From: the human T2T-CHM13v2.0 reference genome, Homo sapiens
Assembly (NCBI RefSeq): GCF_009914755.1
Contig: NC_060931.1
DNA length: 64,000 nucleotides
Reading direction: 5' to 3' (one strand)
How positions within the stretch are numbered: the first letter of the stretch is position 1; each line of letters opens with the position of its first letter. Of the stretch, positions 1-14,408 are shown one piece after another. The notes below the pieces were generated by a model that worked only from the letters and a program-made list of their open reading frames with translations, searched no databases and was not told where the DNA came from. The position numbers and the translations under genes were made by a program.

Positions 1-58
1 AGATCCAGCCTGCAGAGCAGGGGGACTCGGCCGTGTATGTCTGTGCAAGTCGCTTAGC
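1..58 (+). pseudogene. TRBV12-2: 3' end of a TRBV12-family V exon ([18 protein letters not shown]); TRBV12-2 pseudogene by locus order, truncated by the window edge
   Basis: From nt 3 it translates to the V-domain D-x-A-x-Y-x-C motif, followed directly by a 23-RSS. It lies upstream of TRBV6-5. Pseudogene status is prior knowledge and not visible in this fragment. Confidence 0.8.
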
Positions 59-97
59 CACAGCGCTGCAGAATCTCCCCCTCCCTGTGCAGAAACT
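59..97 (+). other. 23-RSS of the TRBV12 segment
   Basis: CACAGCG (59-65) + 23 nt + GCAGAAACT (89-97). Confidence 0.9.
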
Positions 98-798
98 CTG
101 GTGCTTCCTCTTTTCCTCACAGCTCCCAGCAGTCCTGAGCAAAGTCTTTCCTGCCTCACCCTCCCCACAAGAATAATTAAGTGGGTTTGGGGCATGGCAA
201 AGACATAAGATGATACAATATCAACATACAAAATCTTGTGTAGGAGATAATGTCGAAAATGCATTTTGCAAATTTCTCACAAATTGTGTATGGGGTCATA
301 ACTCACACACAGGTAGGATAAACCTTAATTACCCACACCGTAGGTTTCCCTGCCTTCCTGTATTTGACACTCCCATCCAAACAGTGGGAGCTCTTGAGAA
401 TGGCTATGTCTTGTGAACTACTCTGCCCACTTCATTCCCTTCTCACTCTAAGCCATGAACAGAAATTTCCCCTACAAGTACTCTTTATTGTAAATGAAAG
501 TTCTTTTCTATGATTGTGGACATTCCTTTATAATGCTAATTTCAATTTACCATTTATATACGGATTTTTACATTAAACTTAAAGAGATCTTCAGTGTGGA
601 TAATACAGGCAGTTTAATACATTAGAAGTAAGCTACCCCTCTTGGCCTACAGGGATCCATTTGTTTCTATCTTGCATAAAGCAAGCCAGGTGCTAGCTAA
701 AGGTCTGTGTGCACTCACAGGACACTGATGAGATCTCCTCCACTGCCTGTTCTGGAACTATCAATATGAATATACACAGGGTGTCTAAAAGCACACAG

Positions 799-1078
799 GG
801 CCTGGTGTGGTGGCTCATGCCTGTAATCTCAGCACTTTGGGAGGCTGAGGCGGGAGGAATGCTTGAGGTGGGGAGTTCAAGACTAGGCTGGGAAACAGTG
901 AGATTTTGTCTCTAAAATATATATATATTTTAAAAATTAGCCTGGTATGGCAGTCTTAGCTACTCAGGAGGCTGAGTTGAGAGGGTTGCTTGAGCCCTGA
1001 AGTTCGAGGCTGGAGTGAGCCATGATCATCGCAACAGAGTAAGACCCCAAATCACACACAAAAAATAAATAAATAAAG
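799..1078 (+). mobile_element. Old Alu (AluJ-like) with internal deletions
   Basis: GGCCTGGTGTGGTGGCTCATGCCTGTAATC start, TTGCTTGAGCCC/AAGTTCGAGGCT right arm, A-rich tail, flanked by similar AAAA(G)CA(T)ACACAGG sequences. Confidence 0.85.
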
Positions 1079-3202
1079 TTAAAAAACATACACAGGCCTG
1101 GCCAGTCTTACTTGGCCCTCTTTCCTCCCTGATGCTGTGTCCTGAACAGCCAAATCTGTATTTTTTTTCTTCTGGTTTATGATACACATTTCTACACAGC
1201 ACTTGCAATTTATTATGAAGAGTTATAATGTCTTTCTTCTATAGTAGTATTTACATACTGATGATTTCTCAACCCCTATCAGTGTATCATCGGCAATTGT
1301 TGCAAAATGTGCCTGTATTTTGCATGCCCAAGACAATTTGGGTTTACCCGAGTTCTTCGATAGAGGCCCTGGTTTCGCTTGTCACTGTCCTATTTTTGTT
1401 ATTCAAAGACTGAGACTTTCAAGATCAGAATGATGCAGAATGAAATTCGGGGTATCCTTTAATGTACATCGAGAGACCTACTCTGTGTTTATATATTGTT
1501 TTGGTGTCTTCCTTGCTCTTTGGGCTTCTCTCTGTTGCCTCCAGATCATTTTCCTTCCTCCTTTGAAGCCCAGCTCCTTTACACACATGACATTAGAACA
1601 GCACCCTTCTTTGCTGCACTTGCTTCTTTCCCTTCAGAACTCTCTTCTCATTCAGTCCTTCTGTCTGCTACTAATCTTGTCATCATTCCTAATGGCTACT
1701 CATCACACAGACCATTTTTCATTGGTTTTGCTTCTCACTTTCTTGACTTCCTCACTTTTGACATTTTATCCATTAATCCTAACATTGTATATCTGACAAG
1801 GAAGATATTAAAAATCACATGTTTTGAATCAGTGAATCAATAAACAGGTTTAAAGAGACAAATGCAAAACAAAATTGTCCAGAGCTGCTGTTCTGGGCTG
1901 GACTACAGATAGATCATGTAAGAAATAATAAAATCATCTGGTAATTTCAATTTATCTTTAGAATCTTTGGACAGAACAGCTCCAGGGGAGTCAAGGGATC
2001 ATAGATGGTAAGAGAGACAAAGAGGTTAGGAGGTGAGAACTGGCTAGGGTGGCAGTCCCTAACCTAAGGTTTTCAAGGATAATATCAAGGTCCTCAATTT
2101 CTTTTAAATATTTTTTGAAAGTGAAAGGAAATTATGCACATGACCCAAGCTATACATAATAAGGAAATTGACTCATGTCTTTGCTGAGATGGAATTATAT
2201 TAAAATTCTGTGAAATTAACTTATGGGCTCATCTCATGCTGATTAAAAACCCTGATTGACAGCGCTGTGTGTTACAAAAATGACAAAATAAATGATTACT
2301 TTAAAAACATTATTTTAAAAAATTAGCATTTGCCAAGAGTGGGGGTAAAAAATGACATACTGCCAGATGGTACAAGGAATGGAGACGTTTGAGGCTTCCA
2401 GAGCCTCTGACCTAGCTCACCCCACTTTCCCGGGCCCGATGTCTTCTAAAGTTCATCTGTGCAGGGAAAGGGAAGTGTAGTTGTGCAGGAAATACGGCAG
2501 GTTAGGAAATCACAGGCTCTAGAGCTTTTACAGGCTTTTACATCCTGTGTATCTGTGCTATTTCCACAGTCTGCAACAAACTGTATTCTCCCCAAACAGG
2601 GCCAGACACTCCTCATCTATCAAGGACTGACTCACATCTACCTTCCTCTTTGCTTCTTACCCTGACATTCCCTGGCCACTGCAGTATATCATTCTGTTTC
2701 CTTTACATTCAGAGGAAAATTCAGGTATATAATTGATACTACTCGATGTTTGTGAAATGAATAAATTAATGTCCATTTATACAGAGCTCTGAAATATTAT
2801 CTATTACTGTTTTCCCTTCAAAAGGGGCTCCTTTTACTTGAAATATGATGGAGAGTCATTATGGCTAGTCTCAATTTTCCATACAATTTCTGCAGTATTC
2901 CAAGCAAATGTGTTTTCCCAGTCAGGATTAATGACCAGTACTACCCAGTACCCTAACTATATCTAAAGCTGGAATTCACAAATGTCCTTTTGGAACAAAG
3001 AAATTTATGTTATAATAATATTTATCCAGTCCTATGATCCAGTAAAAGAAATTCCTCACCACAACCACACTTTTCCAAAATCACATCTTTATGAGTCTGG
3101 ACACATTATCAGGGGTGCATTTCAGAAGTCAACCTAAAACACTGAGAGAAAAATTTGTTGTGCTCAGTAATAGAATCTTATCCTTGCAATAAGAAGATAC
3201 CA

Positions 3203-3298
3203 TGTGTGTATGTGTGTGTGTGTGAGTGTATATGTGAGTGTGTATGAGTGTGTGTGTGAGAGTGTATGTGTGAGTGTGTATGAGTGTGTGTGTATGTG
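3203..3298. repeat. Compound (TG)n/TGTA/TGAG microsatellite
   Basis: Direct inspection. Confidence 0.95.
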
Positions 3299-4644
3299 CA
3301 TTTTCTCATGCAGATTCATCCACATGAAAAAGTTTATCTTTGGATCGCATTACAAAGAGGCACTGGGTCACCTGGGGAGCTCATAGGCACTTCTGGCTAG
3401 TGATGGGAAATGTCACACCACTCAATCTGCCTAAGTTATAGCCAATAGGGTTGTTTATTTCAAGACTTTTTATAAATTCAGAATTAAATATGTAAAAACT
3501 AGAAGCCCCTTTTATTAAATGCACTATTTAAAATTTGGTAATAATGACTCTAAATACAAAATATAAAGACACATGAGATATTAAATATTTTTCCAAGATC
3601 ATTCTGCTGGATAGCTTCACACTGTTTAATTGTATGTCCTGTCTTATTCAGGCTCCTCTCTTCCACCTTATCATATGAATTGCAATGACATAACAACGAT
3701 TAATTTTGCAATCAAAATGTTGGTTAATACACTCTTTTGTCTCCACTGGCTAAGGGAGGATTTAGAGATTAACCCTAAATTGGCTTATCTGGGAAAGCTT
3801 AGAGAGGGTGTATGTGAGAGGGTGGGGGCTGCAGGAGCGGGATGCAGGGGTCTCTGTTACGGATTTGGACAATCTAGAGCTCATCAGATCAGAAGGTGTG
3901 AATCTGTGAGACTATGGATCTATAGCCACTTGGAGGCGCTGTGTCTCCGCAATGCTGCTGGGAACCCTGGGGAGGGGAGGGCAGGTGACCCAGAAGAGGA
4001 AGGCTGAAGAGAATGCCTGGCTGCCTGCTAGCATCAGGTGGGGGCCATTTGAGTTCAGAGTGAGTTCTGAGTTTAACACAGACTCCTCACTGTCCAGAGA
4101 AGGGTAGGGGTGCGAAAGGCCTCAGTTTGTACCAACAAGAGAGTGTCTCTGTGTCTGTCTGGCCAGTGGATGGTGAAGGGGCTGGGGCATCCAGGGCTTG
4201 GGAATCAGTGTCAGGGCAGGGACAGCGGTGGGTGGAGTAAGGTGTGACATGGACATGTGGACACTGTGCTCCACCTTTAGTTTCGGGACCCTTCAGGGCA
4301 GGAATGATACATGGGGTAGCAGAGCCAGGCACCCACCTAAGGGTACAGTGGGCAAAGGATGGCCTGCAGAGGAAGTAAATAGAAAGGCAAGTTTCCTATG
4401 GTAATGCCAAAACATTCCTGCCCCCACTCAGAAAAAGACCATGAATGGGATGTTGGCAGCCAGAGGGGCTCAGGATCTGGTGATCCGACAGGCCTTTCCC
4501 AGGTACCCTCTGTTGCTTCTTTATGAGACCTGTTTTGATTCTAACAGAAATCATGCAAAATAAGTATTATTTAACTGTGTATACACTTGACTGAAATAAC
4601 TTTCCTGGGTCTTGTACACTCTTAGATGGAAGAAACCAGACCTG

Positions 4645-4860
4645 GCGTTGGATAGATCAGTAATAGGGTGACTGTAGTTAACATCAACCAATTATGCATT
4701 TCAAAATAGCTAGAAGAGAATAATTCAAATGTTCTTAAGGTAAAGAAAAGACAAATATTAAAGTGATGCCTATCCCAATGACCATGATTTGATTATATTA
4801 ATGTATCAAAGATCACATCTACTAAAAAATATGTACATCTAATATGTATCAATAAATAGT
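4645..4860 (+). mobile_element. L1 3'-end fragment (L1MA-like)
   Basis: AGGGTGACTGTAGTTAAC...CATTTCAAAATAGCTAGAAGAGA...TATGTATCAATAAA resembles an old L1 3' UTR; boundaries approximate. Confidence 0.6.
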
Positions 4861-5579
4861 TAATTGAAAAGAAGATAACTAGCTGACGTCTGTTCCTCCA
4901 GCACCTCTACCTGCTGTCCCCACTCTGCAGATTTGTCCTCTCACATGGCCTTCCCTTTCCAGGTCCCCATTAGCAGGAGGAGAAAGTCAGGCATTATATG
5001 TGATCACTATACTCTCTTTGCTGAAAAGTCCAAGGAACATATAACTTCCAGGCTAAACATATTCATTCATCCTTCATTGTGACAAAAAAGAGAGGTGCAA
5101 TTTTCTGCACCATAGCTGTCCTATGAATGAGGCCAGGTGATCTCTTTCATGAAGGATATGTGAGGAGAGAGATTTCTCAGTGCACAGCAAAGGGAATGGG
5201 ATGTTTTTAAAGGAAAGTGTAGTTTTCCTGTACCTGATGTAATTTATTATGAGGGAAAAGACACAAATCATTATTATTCATTAGTTAATTTATTGATTTC
5301 ATAAACATTTTAAGCCCCCTGCTTTGTACAAGGGATTGTGCCACATAAATTTAAAAGCGAAACAAAAAATAAAATTTAGAAAAACAGATAAGACAATTTT
5401 TAAAAACAGTATGTTTCTCGCCTTTGACAATATTAAGGCAATTAATATGGAAATGTATTTATTGAATTATTTTGAAATTTATATTTTGCTAATTCAAAAT
5501 ACTTTAATGTTTCTGAATTATACAAATGTCCTTTTTAAAAATCTTTCTCTTTAGTTACCTACCTCCTTTTACCACCTTT

Positions 5580-6275
<696 letters not shown>

Positions 6276-7550
6276 TTTAAGGTCTGTGGTAATAAATGCA
6301 TAGTATTTGACTGTTTCTATAAAACCACACATCACACGAGTAACAGGGTCATTTGCAGAGGTGCAGGCTCTGAGTACATTAATGCACCTTTATGGTTCAA
6401 TTATGCTGCACGGAGAAGATTCAGAAAAAAAAATCATAATTCCATCCTTTATTGTCATTTTACTATACACAAAATAGAAGCCCTTCATTTGCAAAATTGC
6501 AGTTAATTAGAAATTCAACTGTCAGAAAAAGCCTTAAGACACAAATGCTATTCTCATTTTACAGAGAGGAGGGAATTGACCCACAGGTTAAATAACATGA
6601 TCACATTAAATGGCTATTAGGATGCAGTACCGGGGGTCCAGCTCTGACCTGTCAGTCTCTAAGCCCTGTGTTTATAGCTCTGTGCTATAAGGCATTTTCA
6701 TGAAGAGAGACGCCTACCTTTCAAAATCAGAGTATTTGCTCTCTACATCCCTTTCAGACCTGCTGGCTCCAATAACATCACAGACAGAGATGAATGTATC
6801 CTGGAGACAGTATGGGGAAAGAACTCTGAAAAGATGCCATGGCACCCAGCCCTGACTCCCACTCTAACACCACCACATCACTAACTGAGACCAGCTCTTG
6901 ACAGGTTAACTTTAGTTTGGTTTTTGTTTTGTTAATCTATAAAATGAGACTAATACAGTCTATCTATAGGGCTGTATATAGAATTTAGTATCATAAAATA
7001 TCTAGCCTATAATAGGAATCTAAATCTCTTGATTCCCTTTGTTAATCTCAGACAGCCTCTTCCACCCTCACCATGCACAAAGGCAGATTCAGACACACTC
7101 TGCCTAGAAATCTTAAGCTGAGAACTTAGAAGTCACAGAAGTGGAAATATATATACCTGATGATCCCTCACATGAAATTAACTAAAGAATGTAGCATACA
7201 TACCTCCTCAGATAGTTAAAAATCAACTTCATTAATATATAGATTATATAAACATTACACATTTTAAGTGAACTGATGAGTGATTTTGGAGCAATATATG
7301 TGTATAGACCCTTCAATCCCCATCCCTATTAAGATGCCGAACATTTCCATCACACAGAGAGTGTTCTCATTCCTCTCTGCAATGCCTCCCTCCATCCCTG
7401 ACAACCAGTGATATTTATCACTAGAAAATTGTTTTGCTCAGGTACATTTTTAATGGAAATTTACAACCTCTAACTATTAAAACACTTCCTCTTTAGTACA
7501 CAGGTAAATATTCAAGAGAGGGAGGTGCTCCCAAAGATATTTATGGCTAT

Positions 7551-7980
7551 TCCCCTCAATGACAGAATGGATAAAGAAAATGTGACACATATACACCATG
7601 GAATACTATGCAGTCATATGAAAGAATGAGATCATGTCCTTTGCAGGGACATGGATGAAGCTGGAAGCCATTATCCTCAGCAAACTAATACAGGAACAGA
7701 AAACCAAACACCGCATGTTTTCACCTAGTGGGAGTTGAACGAAGAGAACACATGGACACAGGGAGGGGAACAACACACACTGGAGCCTGTCGGAGGGCGG
7801 AGGGTGAGAGGAGGGAGAGCATTACGATGAATACCTAATGCATGCGGAGCTTAAAGCCTAGATGACGGGTTGATGGGTGCAGCAAACCACCGTGGCACAT
7901 GTTTACCTATGTAACAAACCTGCACATTCTTCACATGTATCCCGAAACTTAAAGTAAAATTTAAAAAATTTAAAAAAAGA
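7551..7980 (+). mobile_element. 5'-truncated L1PA element (end of ORF2 + 3' UTR + A-tail) with imperfect TSD
   Basis: TGGATAAAGAAAATGTG...CATGGAATACTATGCAG...GCAGCAAACCAC...AACCTGCACATT; flanks AAAGATATTTATGGCT (7533-7548) and GAGATTTTTTATGGCT (7981-7996). Confidence 0.9.
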
Positions 7981-8445
7981 GAGATTTTTTATGGCTTTAG
8001 AAGGGTTTCAAACCCTTCCAGAACCCTGAGAGACACCTGATCCACGTTAGGGATAATCCTGTCTGGAGATAGACAAGATGATGAAATGACACCAAAAATC
8101 TTCCCACATGGAAGAGGCTATTTCCACATAATTTGTTCATTCATTTTCATTATTTTTTCTCATACACTCATTCACTTAAATTATTTTATAATGATATTCT
8201 GACAAAAACTAATCATCTCCAAGAACATTATTTTGAGTTTCCATCAGACAATATTTAGCTGTGATTCAGCTCTGCTTCCTGAGCACATAGAGTGCACTGG
8301 GGCCAAGTGAACCATGTGCAATAGTGACTACCTTGAGAGATAATGTCACATTGAGAGAAGGGGTCTCTCTTCCTTGACCGCAAGTGTCCAACCCATAAAA
8401 CATGAGCCTTGAGCTAGAAAATTCCCCTTTCTGTTCTGGCGCTGC

Positions 8446-8850
8446 CTGGGCACCAGGCTCTTTTGCTGTGTGTCCCTCTGTTTTCTGGACCAGAGAAATA
8501 CTGGGCACATATGTGGCATCTACTCATTGGTTTGTTGGACCCTAGCTTGCAGATAATAGTACCAGGTGTTCCTTTGCTGTGACTTTAACTTCTGTGTTCT
8601 TCACAGGACACAGTCCCATTGATGGGATCCAAAGTACCATTGATACTGAGTGACCCAGACCCTGGTCATGTACTTGTGCTAAAAAGGAAAACAGCACATG
8701 GGGAGGTGAGCAGAATATGAAACACAATTATGGACTCAGAAACAGCCATACAACTTATTAGCATCCCGTTGTTTCAAAAAATCATAAGAATTTGAAGAAC
8801 ATGACAATGTTATACTGACTGTGGCGTCCTAATAAGTGTGGGACTCTGTG
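8446..8850 (+). pseudogene. Decayed TRBV relic, TRBV4-like
   Basis: Leader-like (CTG)GTRLFCCVSLCFL at 8446; pyrimidine tract + CACAG at 8601-8606; frameshifted VPID/TE/VTQT/LVM and EQNMKHNY motifs. Confidence 0.65.
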
Positions 8851-9685
8851 CACCAAGATATGTTATTTGAATTCCTTTTTATTGATTACTAAATTAATGG
8901 CAGGAATCCCACACAAAGGGATACTCCCTATGAAACATGACAACTCAAATTAAAAAAGAGCACTCTTCCTTACTCTAAAGTCTGCCCTCTCTCCCCGAGT
9001 CCCTCACGCATAAGGCCACATTTGTGCCCCTAGGTCATGGGCAGCGCTGGTTGGCCACCATCGTCCACATGTAGAAGGCAGTCAGCAACGTGAAGTGGTT
9101 CTGCCTACTGCAGTCTCACCCCAGACATGGAAAGCAAGAGCCCTGGGTGGAGCTGAAGGTGCTCAGCTGGGTTTGTCAGAAGTCTCATCTGTCAGTGAGT
9201 TGACAAGAAACAGAGCAAAACGACTCCTCCAATGTTGACGAGCCTGCCCCTGGGATTTGGAAACTTCATAACAGAAAAAACCAATATAGACAAAGGATTT
9301 TAAACAGGATTAAGGTCAATTAAGCAAATTAGAAAAGGACACTTGAAGGAGTATTTGGGACAGGGGAATCAAAAGCACCAGGAAGACATGAGGAGTTTCC
9401 CTAAGACTCTAGACTACAGCACTAGCACTATGTAGATAACTAACACTAAAATATTAATTATATCATTGAAAAAATAAAATTTACAGTGAATTACAAACTG
9501 TTTCCAAAAGGTCATGAAAATCTTGTAGACTTGTTTCAATTCAGACAGATGTGTTCTTCTCATTCTCAGCTGTTCACTGGTGCATTTATTTTGGATTTGA
9601 CCATCTGGGGAATGGGTGTGGCCTCTCCTGGCCTCTCCCTCCCTGGGGCCCAGGCAGGGAGAATGTCTCAGAATGACTTCCTTGA

Positions 9686-10549
<864 letters not shown>

Positions 10550-12114
10550 TAGACTCCCGTCTCTCCCTGGTGACCCTGTTGCTTCCTCTCTCTAATGTTT
10601 CCCCCAGCCCCCACCCTCATGTTTTCTCTCCTGTGGCCCACCTTTCCCATCTGGGCAGTCACCCTCCAAGGCGTTGCTGGGTCTCTCCTCCCCCCACCTC
10701 CTCGCCCCTCTCTACTGCAGCCATGAGGGGAGCCCCTGTTCTGTGCCTCCTTCCTTCCCATCACAGAGACTTCAAAGGCCATTTCCTCTGCCCTTGCATG
10801 GAGCCTTCCTTTCTGCAGTGGCCAGCTCCTACCTGTCCTTCATATCTCAGCATGATCAACCCCTCTTGTGGGAAGCGCTCCCTCCCCTCCCATCTGAAAT
10901 CAACTTTCCTCTCATAAGCTGTCACAGATTCATGTGTCTGTTAGTAACCTTTAGCACAGCTTGGCTTTCTCAGATACTTGTCTGGTTATTTTTGTACTCC
11001 ACCCAATTTTTAAGCCCATGAGAGCTAAGGCTGTGCCTGCTGCATTTACCAACATTGGTGTCTGGCATGTAGGGAGACCCATTTCACAAAGAATGGATGA
11101 GTGAATGACAGGCTGAGTGAGTGATGAGTGGGTGGATAAACCAATAATAAAAACACACTACATCTACTGTAACCTGGCAGAGATCTAGCATTAAGTACAA
11201 GAAAGCCCATCCCTTTGATTGCTGGGCTCAGGTCGGTCTTGGAAATTGATGGGGAATCACTATCATGGCGGCCACACCTGGCTCAAAGCTTCCTCTTGTG
11301 GTTGCAGAGCCTGACCTCCTCCAGGTCTCTGTGCTCTCCTTCAGGGTCTTTCCCCACAACAAAGCGAGACAGATCAGAGATCCACTTCTAGAATTCCATC
11401 CTTAAAGGTTGTTCCTTGAAACCACTTCTGGTAAGAAAATCTCCATTAAGTTTGCAACAAAACAGGGCCGCTACAAGTTTGAGAGTGTAACAAATTTACG
11501 ATCAGAATTAGACTTTATGCATATGTGGGAGGAGCTGAGAAAGAGAAGGTCTGGAGGAGAGAAGTCAGAAGGCGAGGGAGCCAGTCAATAGCCAGGGCTC
11601 CTGGGGGTCTCGGCAGGACAGGCTGGATTGGCAGGGACATGAAAGGATCAGAGTATGCCAGGACATGCAGTGGGACCTTGAACCGGGGGCACAGGAAAAG
11701 GCCAAGGAAACCTGCTTCTGGGGAAGCTGTTCCCACTCTACGGGGGCCACCCCTGCAGGTGCACTGCCAAAACAGCAGCCTGGCTGCTGTTTGCCAGCAT
11801 TTGGGAAGATGAACTAGACACAGAGTGCAGAAGGAACAAGACTTCCTAGGTCTGTTGGATGCCTCTGTATCTGCTGGTCACAGACTCTCACTGTCTGACC
11901 ACAATGACCTGCCAAGTCTAATAGTGACTGCTTTTCATCTGTCTTCCAAATTTTACCAAATGTATCCTTGACCATCTCTAACCCAGAATGATAAGAGAAA
12001 TGGCATTCTGGGAAAGGCAGGCTCTTGCCTTTGCAAAGCTGACTTAACTCAATTCAGCCCATGATGGATTCTTCCAGATTAAGGCATCAGATCACACAAC
12101 TGCCTCAACCTGCC

Positions 12115-12162
12115 ATGGTCCCTGGACTCTTCTCCATGGACATCTGTGTTGCCCAGGTGAAT
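12115..12162 (+). pseudogene. Orphan TRBV leader-like relic (relic E, copy 1)
   Basis: CCTGCC-ATG GTC CCT GGA CTC TTC ... CAG|GTGAAT, the same CCTGCCATG context as real TRBV leaders; paralogs at 30972 and 49297. Confidence 0.4.
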
Positions 12163-12539
12163 GTGGACACAATTTGTATGTGGATGTTCCAGACACTGGC
12201 TACTAACTTTTCTTTTAATCCTGTACCTGAAATCTCCCTCCACCCAGAGGGTCTATAAATGTATGAGATTTATTTTTTAAAAAATAGAAATTTGAATTCT
12301 ATTCTGAATCTTTCCTTGGGACTGGCCAGAGAGCATTTTTGACCTACTAACCTACATTGTGGGTGTATTTGGCCCCCCAGAGTGCAGCAGACACTTCTTG
12401 GGCCCATACATTTGCGAGTTAGACTGGAGATGCCTGTAAACATGACAGATTCTTGGTGTTGTTCCCTCTCAGTCCCGGCCTCTCTGGAATGTCGCAGACT
12501 ACCATCAAACAAATAGATCCCCAGTATGAAGTACATAAG

Positions 12540-13220
12540 GACACATTAGGAGTTAGCAATGAGGAAATGTGAGCACAAGCAACAAACGTTTGAAGTGCAA
12601 ACCCGAAGACTCAAAATTTTGGCATTATAAGATATGAAAGTTTGGAGAGCTACATTTAAATGAACATGAGAGGGAAAAAGAGAAACAAGGAAAAAGAGAA
12701 TGTCTGAAACCATCAAGTAACTTTCATAAAAATTGTCAAATAATATATCTAGAAATTCCTCATACAACCACTGAAAACAAAATGGAAAGTCAAACAGTTG
12801 ATTAGCTGCTCCTATGTCAAAGATGGATCTGCAGGAGTGATCTAGAATGCAGCACGGAAAATTAAAAGTGGAATATGAAAAAGTTAAAGAACAGGGAAGA
12901 AAAGAAATGGATGTTTCCCATATATTAGAATATGCAAATTTTTCATAAATTACCATTTTTTTTTGCATATGATTGCAGTTTCAAATAGATAAAATAGGTA
13001 GAATGTTATGAGGTGATATTTATGAGATGTTAGCTGACAATTATTTAGAGGTGTTTAAGGACCTAAATTCAGAGTTTCCAGAATCAAAATGAATCTCAAG
13101 TAAGACAAATAGTCAAGTCATAGGGAAATTGTATAACATGAGGGACAAAGAGAAGATTTTGAAAGCAGTCAGAAAGAAAAGACAGATACCTCCCATAGGA
13201 ATAGATGGAGAACAACAGTA
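12540..13220 (+). mobile_element. Highly diverged L1 ORF1-region fragment
   Basis: A-rich, with AGAGAAGATTTTGAAAGCAGTCAGAAAGAAAAGACAGAT-type motifs; paralog at ~31480-32170. Confidence 0.45.
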
Positions 13221-13796
13221 AGTCAAGATAGTGGTTAAAAATAACCATTAGCTCAATCGTCATTCTCCTTCATTAGAGGTGAGATTGATTAAAAAAAAAA
13301 CTTTTATACGTGGAATATGAAAAACCACCACTGTGAGTTTGCTACCAAGTTATCTTTTCTGAATTACAGTTAACAAAGGTGGGAAATGATCCCAAAGAAA
13401 GGCATGAGGGCAGTTCATGAGGGAACGCATGTGAGGGGACAGTCCTGTTGGGCACGTGTGACTGGGGGAATGGAGGAGGCTGGGGCATGAATGGGGATGG
13501 CAGAGGGGACCCTGACTTGCAGGAAAGACAATGAGCTCACCCTTTTGTGTTCTATGTTAGGGGCACTGTTGGTGCATCCTACAGGACATGCCTAGCAGAC
13601 AGAAGAGCAGCTGTGGGCTGGCAAGATGAACTCAGAGATGCAGCGTGAGGCCTCCGGGTCCAGACAGATCTGGAGCCCAAAGCAATGAGCCATGCATTGA
13701 TGTTGTTAAAAAGGAGCTTATAAATATTTAAAGCAGCACCCAAATGTGTTCTAATAGAAATGCTGGGGCCCTGAGGTCCTGGGGATTGACAGAGGA

Positions 13797-13806
13797 AGTG
13801 ATGTCA
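13797..13806 (+). promoter_or_regulatory. TRBV promoter decamer (CRE-like) of TRBV7-4
   Basis: AGTGATGTCA about 100 nt upstream of the ATG. Confidence 0.8.
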
Positions 13807-13907
13807 CTGTGGGAACCGCCCTGTGGAGACAAGGACGTCACTCATCCTCTGCTCCTGCTCATAGTGACACTGACCTGGTAAAACCCCCGTCCTGGCCTGA
13901 CCCTGCC

Positions 13908-14369
13908 ATGGGCACCAGGCTCCTCTGCTGGGTGGTCCTGGGTTTCCTAGGGACAGGTGAGTCCTTAGAACACAAAGTAGTTTCAGTTTTTTTCTGTGTG
14001 TAGGCTTGTGTGTGTGTGTGCGATGACTACAAATATTTTCCTTATTCTGTTGCCAAATTCTATTTCCACAGATCACACAGGTGCTGGAGTCTCCCAGTCC
14101 CCAAGGTACAAAGTCGCAAAGAGGGGACGGGATGTAGCTCTCAGGTGTGATTCAATTTCGGGTCATGTAACCCTTTATTGGTACCGACAGACCCTGGGGC
14201 AGGGCTCAGAGGTTCTGACTTACTCCCAGAGTGATGCTCAACGAGACAAATCAGGGCGGCCCAGTGGTCGGTTCTCTGCAGAGAGGCCTGAGAGATCCGT
14301 CTCCACTCTGAAGATCCAGCGCACAGAGCAGGGGGACTCAGCTGTGTATCTCTGTGCCAGCAGCTTAGC
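13908..14369 (+). CDS. TRBV7-4: TCR beta variable segment TRBV7-4 (leader 13908-13956, intron 13957-14071, V exon 14072-14369)
   Basis: [16 protein letters not shown]|[40 protein letters not shown]...SQSDAQ...YLCASSLA; open frame. Confidence 0.95.
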
Positions 14370-14408
14370 CACAGCGTGGCACAGTCGCCTCCTTTCTGCT
14401 CACAAACC
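14370..14408 (+). other. 23-RSS of TRBV7-4
   Basis: CACAGCG + 23 nt + TCACAAACC. Confidence 0.9.

Noticed and set aside
4087-4332. Minus-strand ORF containing TLSCWYK
   Set aside because: Cys-Trp spacing is wrong for a V domain; no splice or RSS context.
6500-7450. Probable MIR, L2 or L1ME fragments (also near 2600, 11020 and 24780)
   Set aside because: Too diverged to delimit by eye; RepeatMasker would be needed.
9125-9250. KQEPWVELKVL upstream of each TRBV6, resembling [11 protein letters not shown]
   Set aside because: A single short motif with no leader, acceptor, Cys motif or RSS to support a relic.
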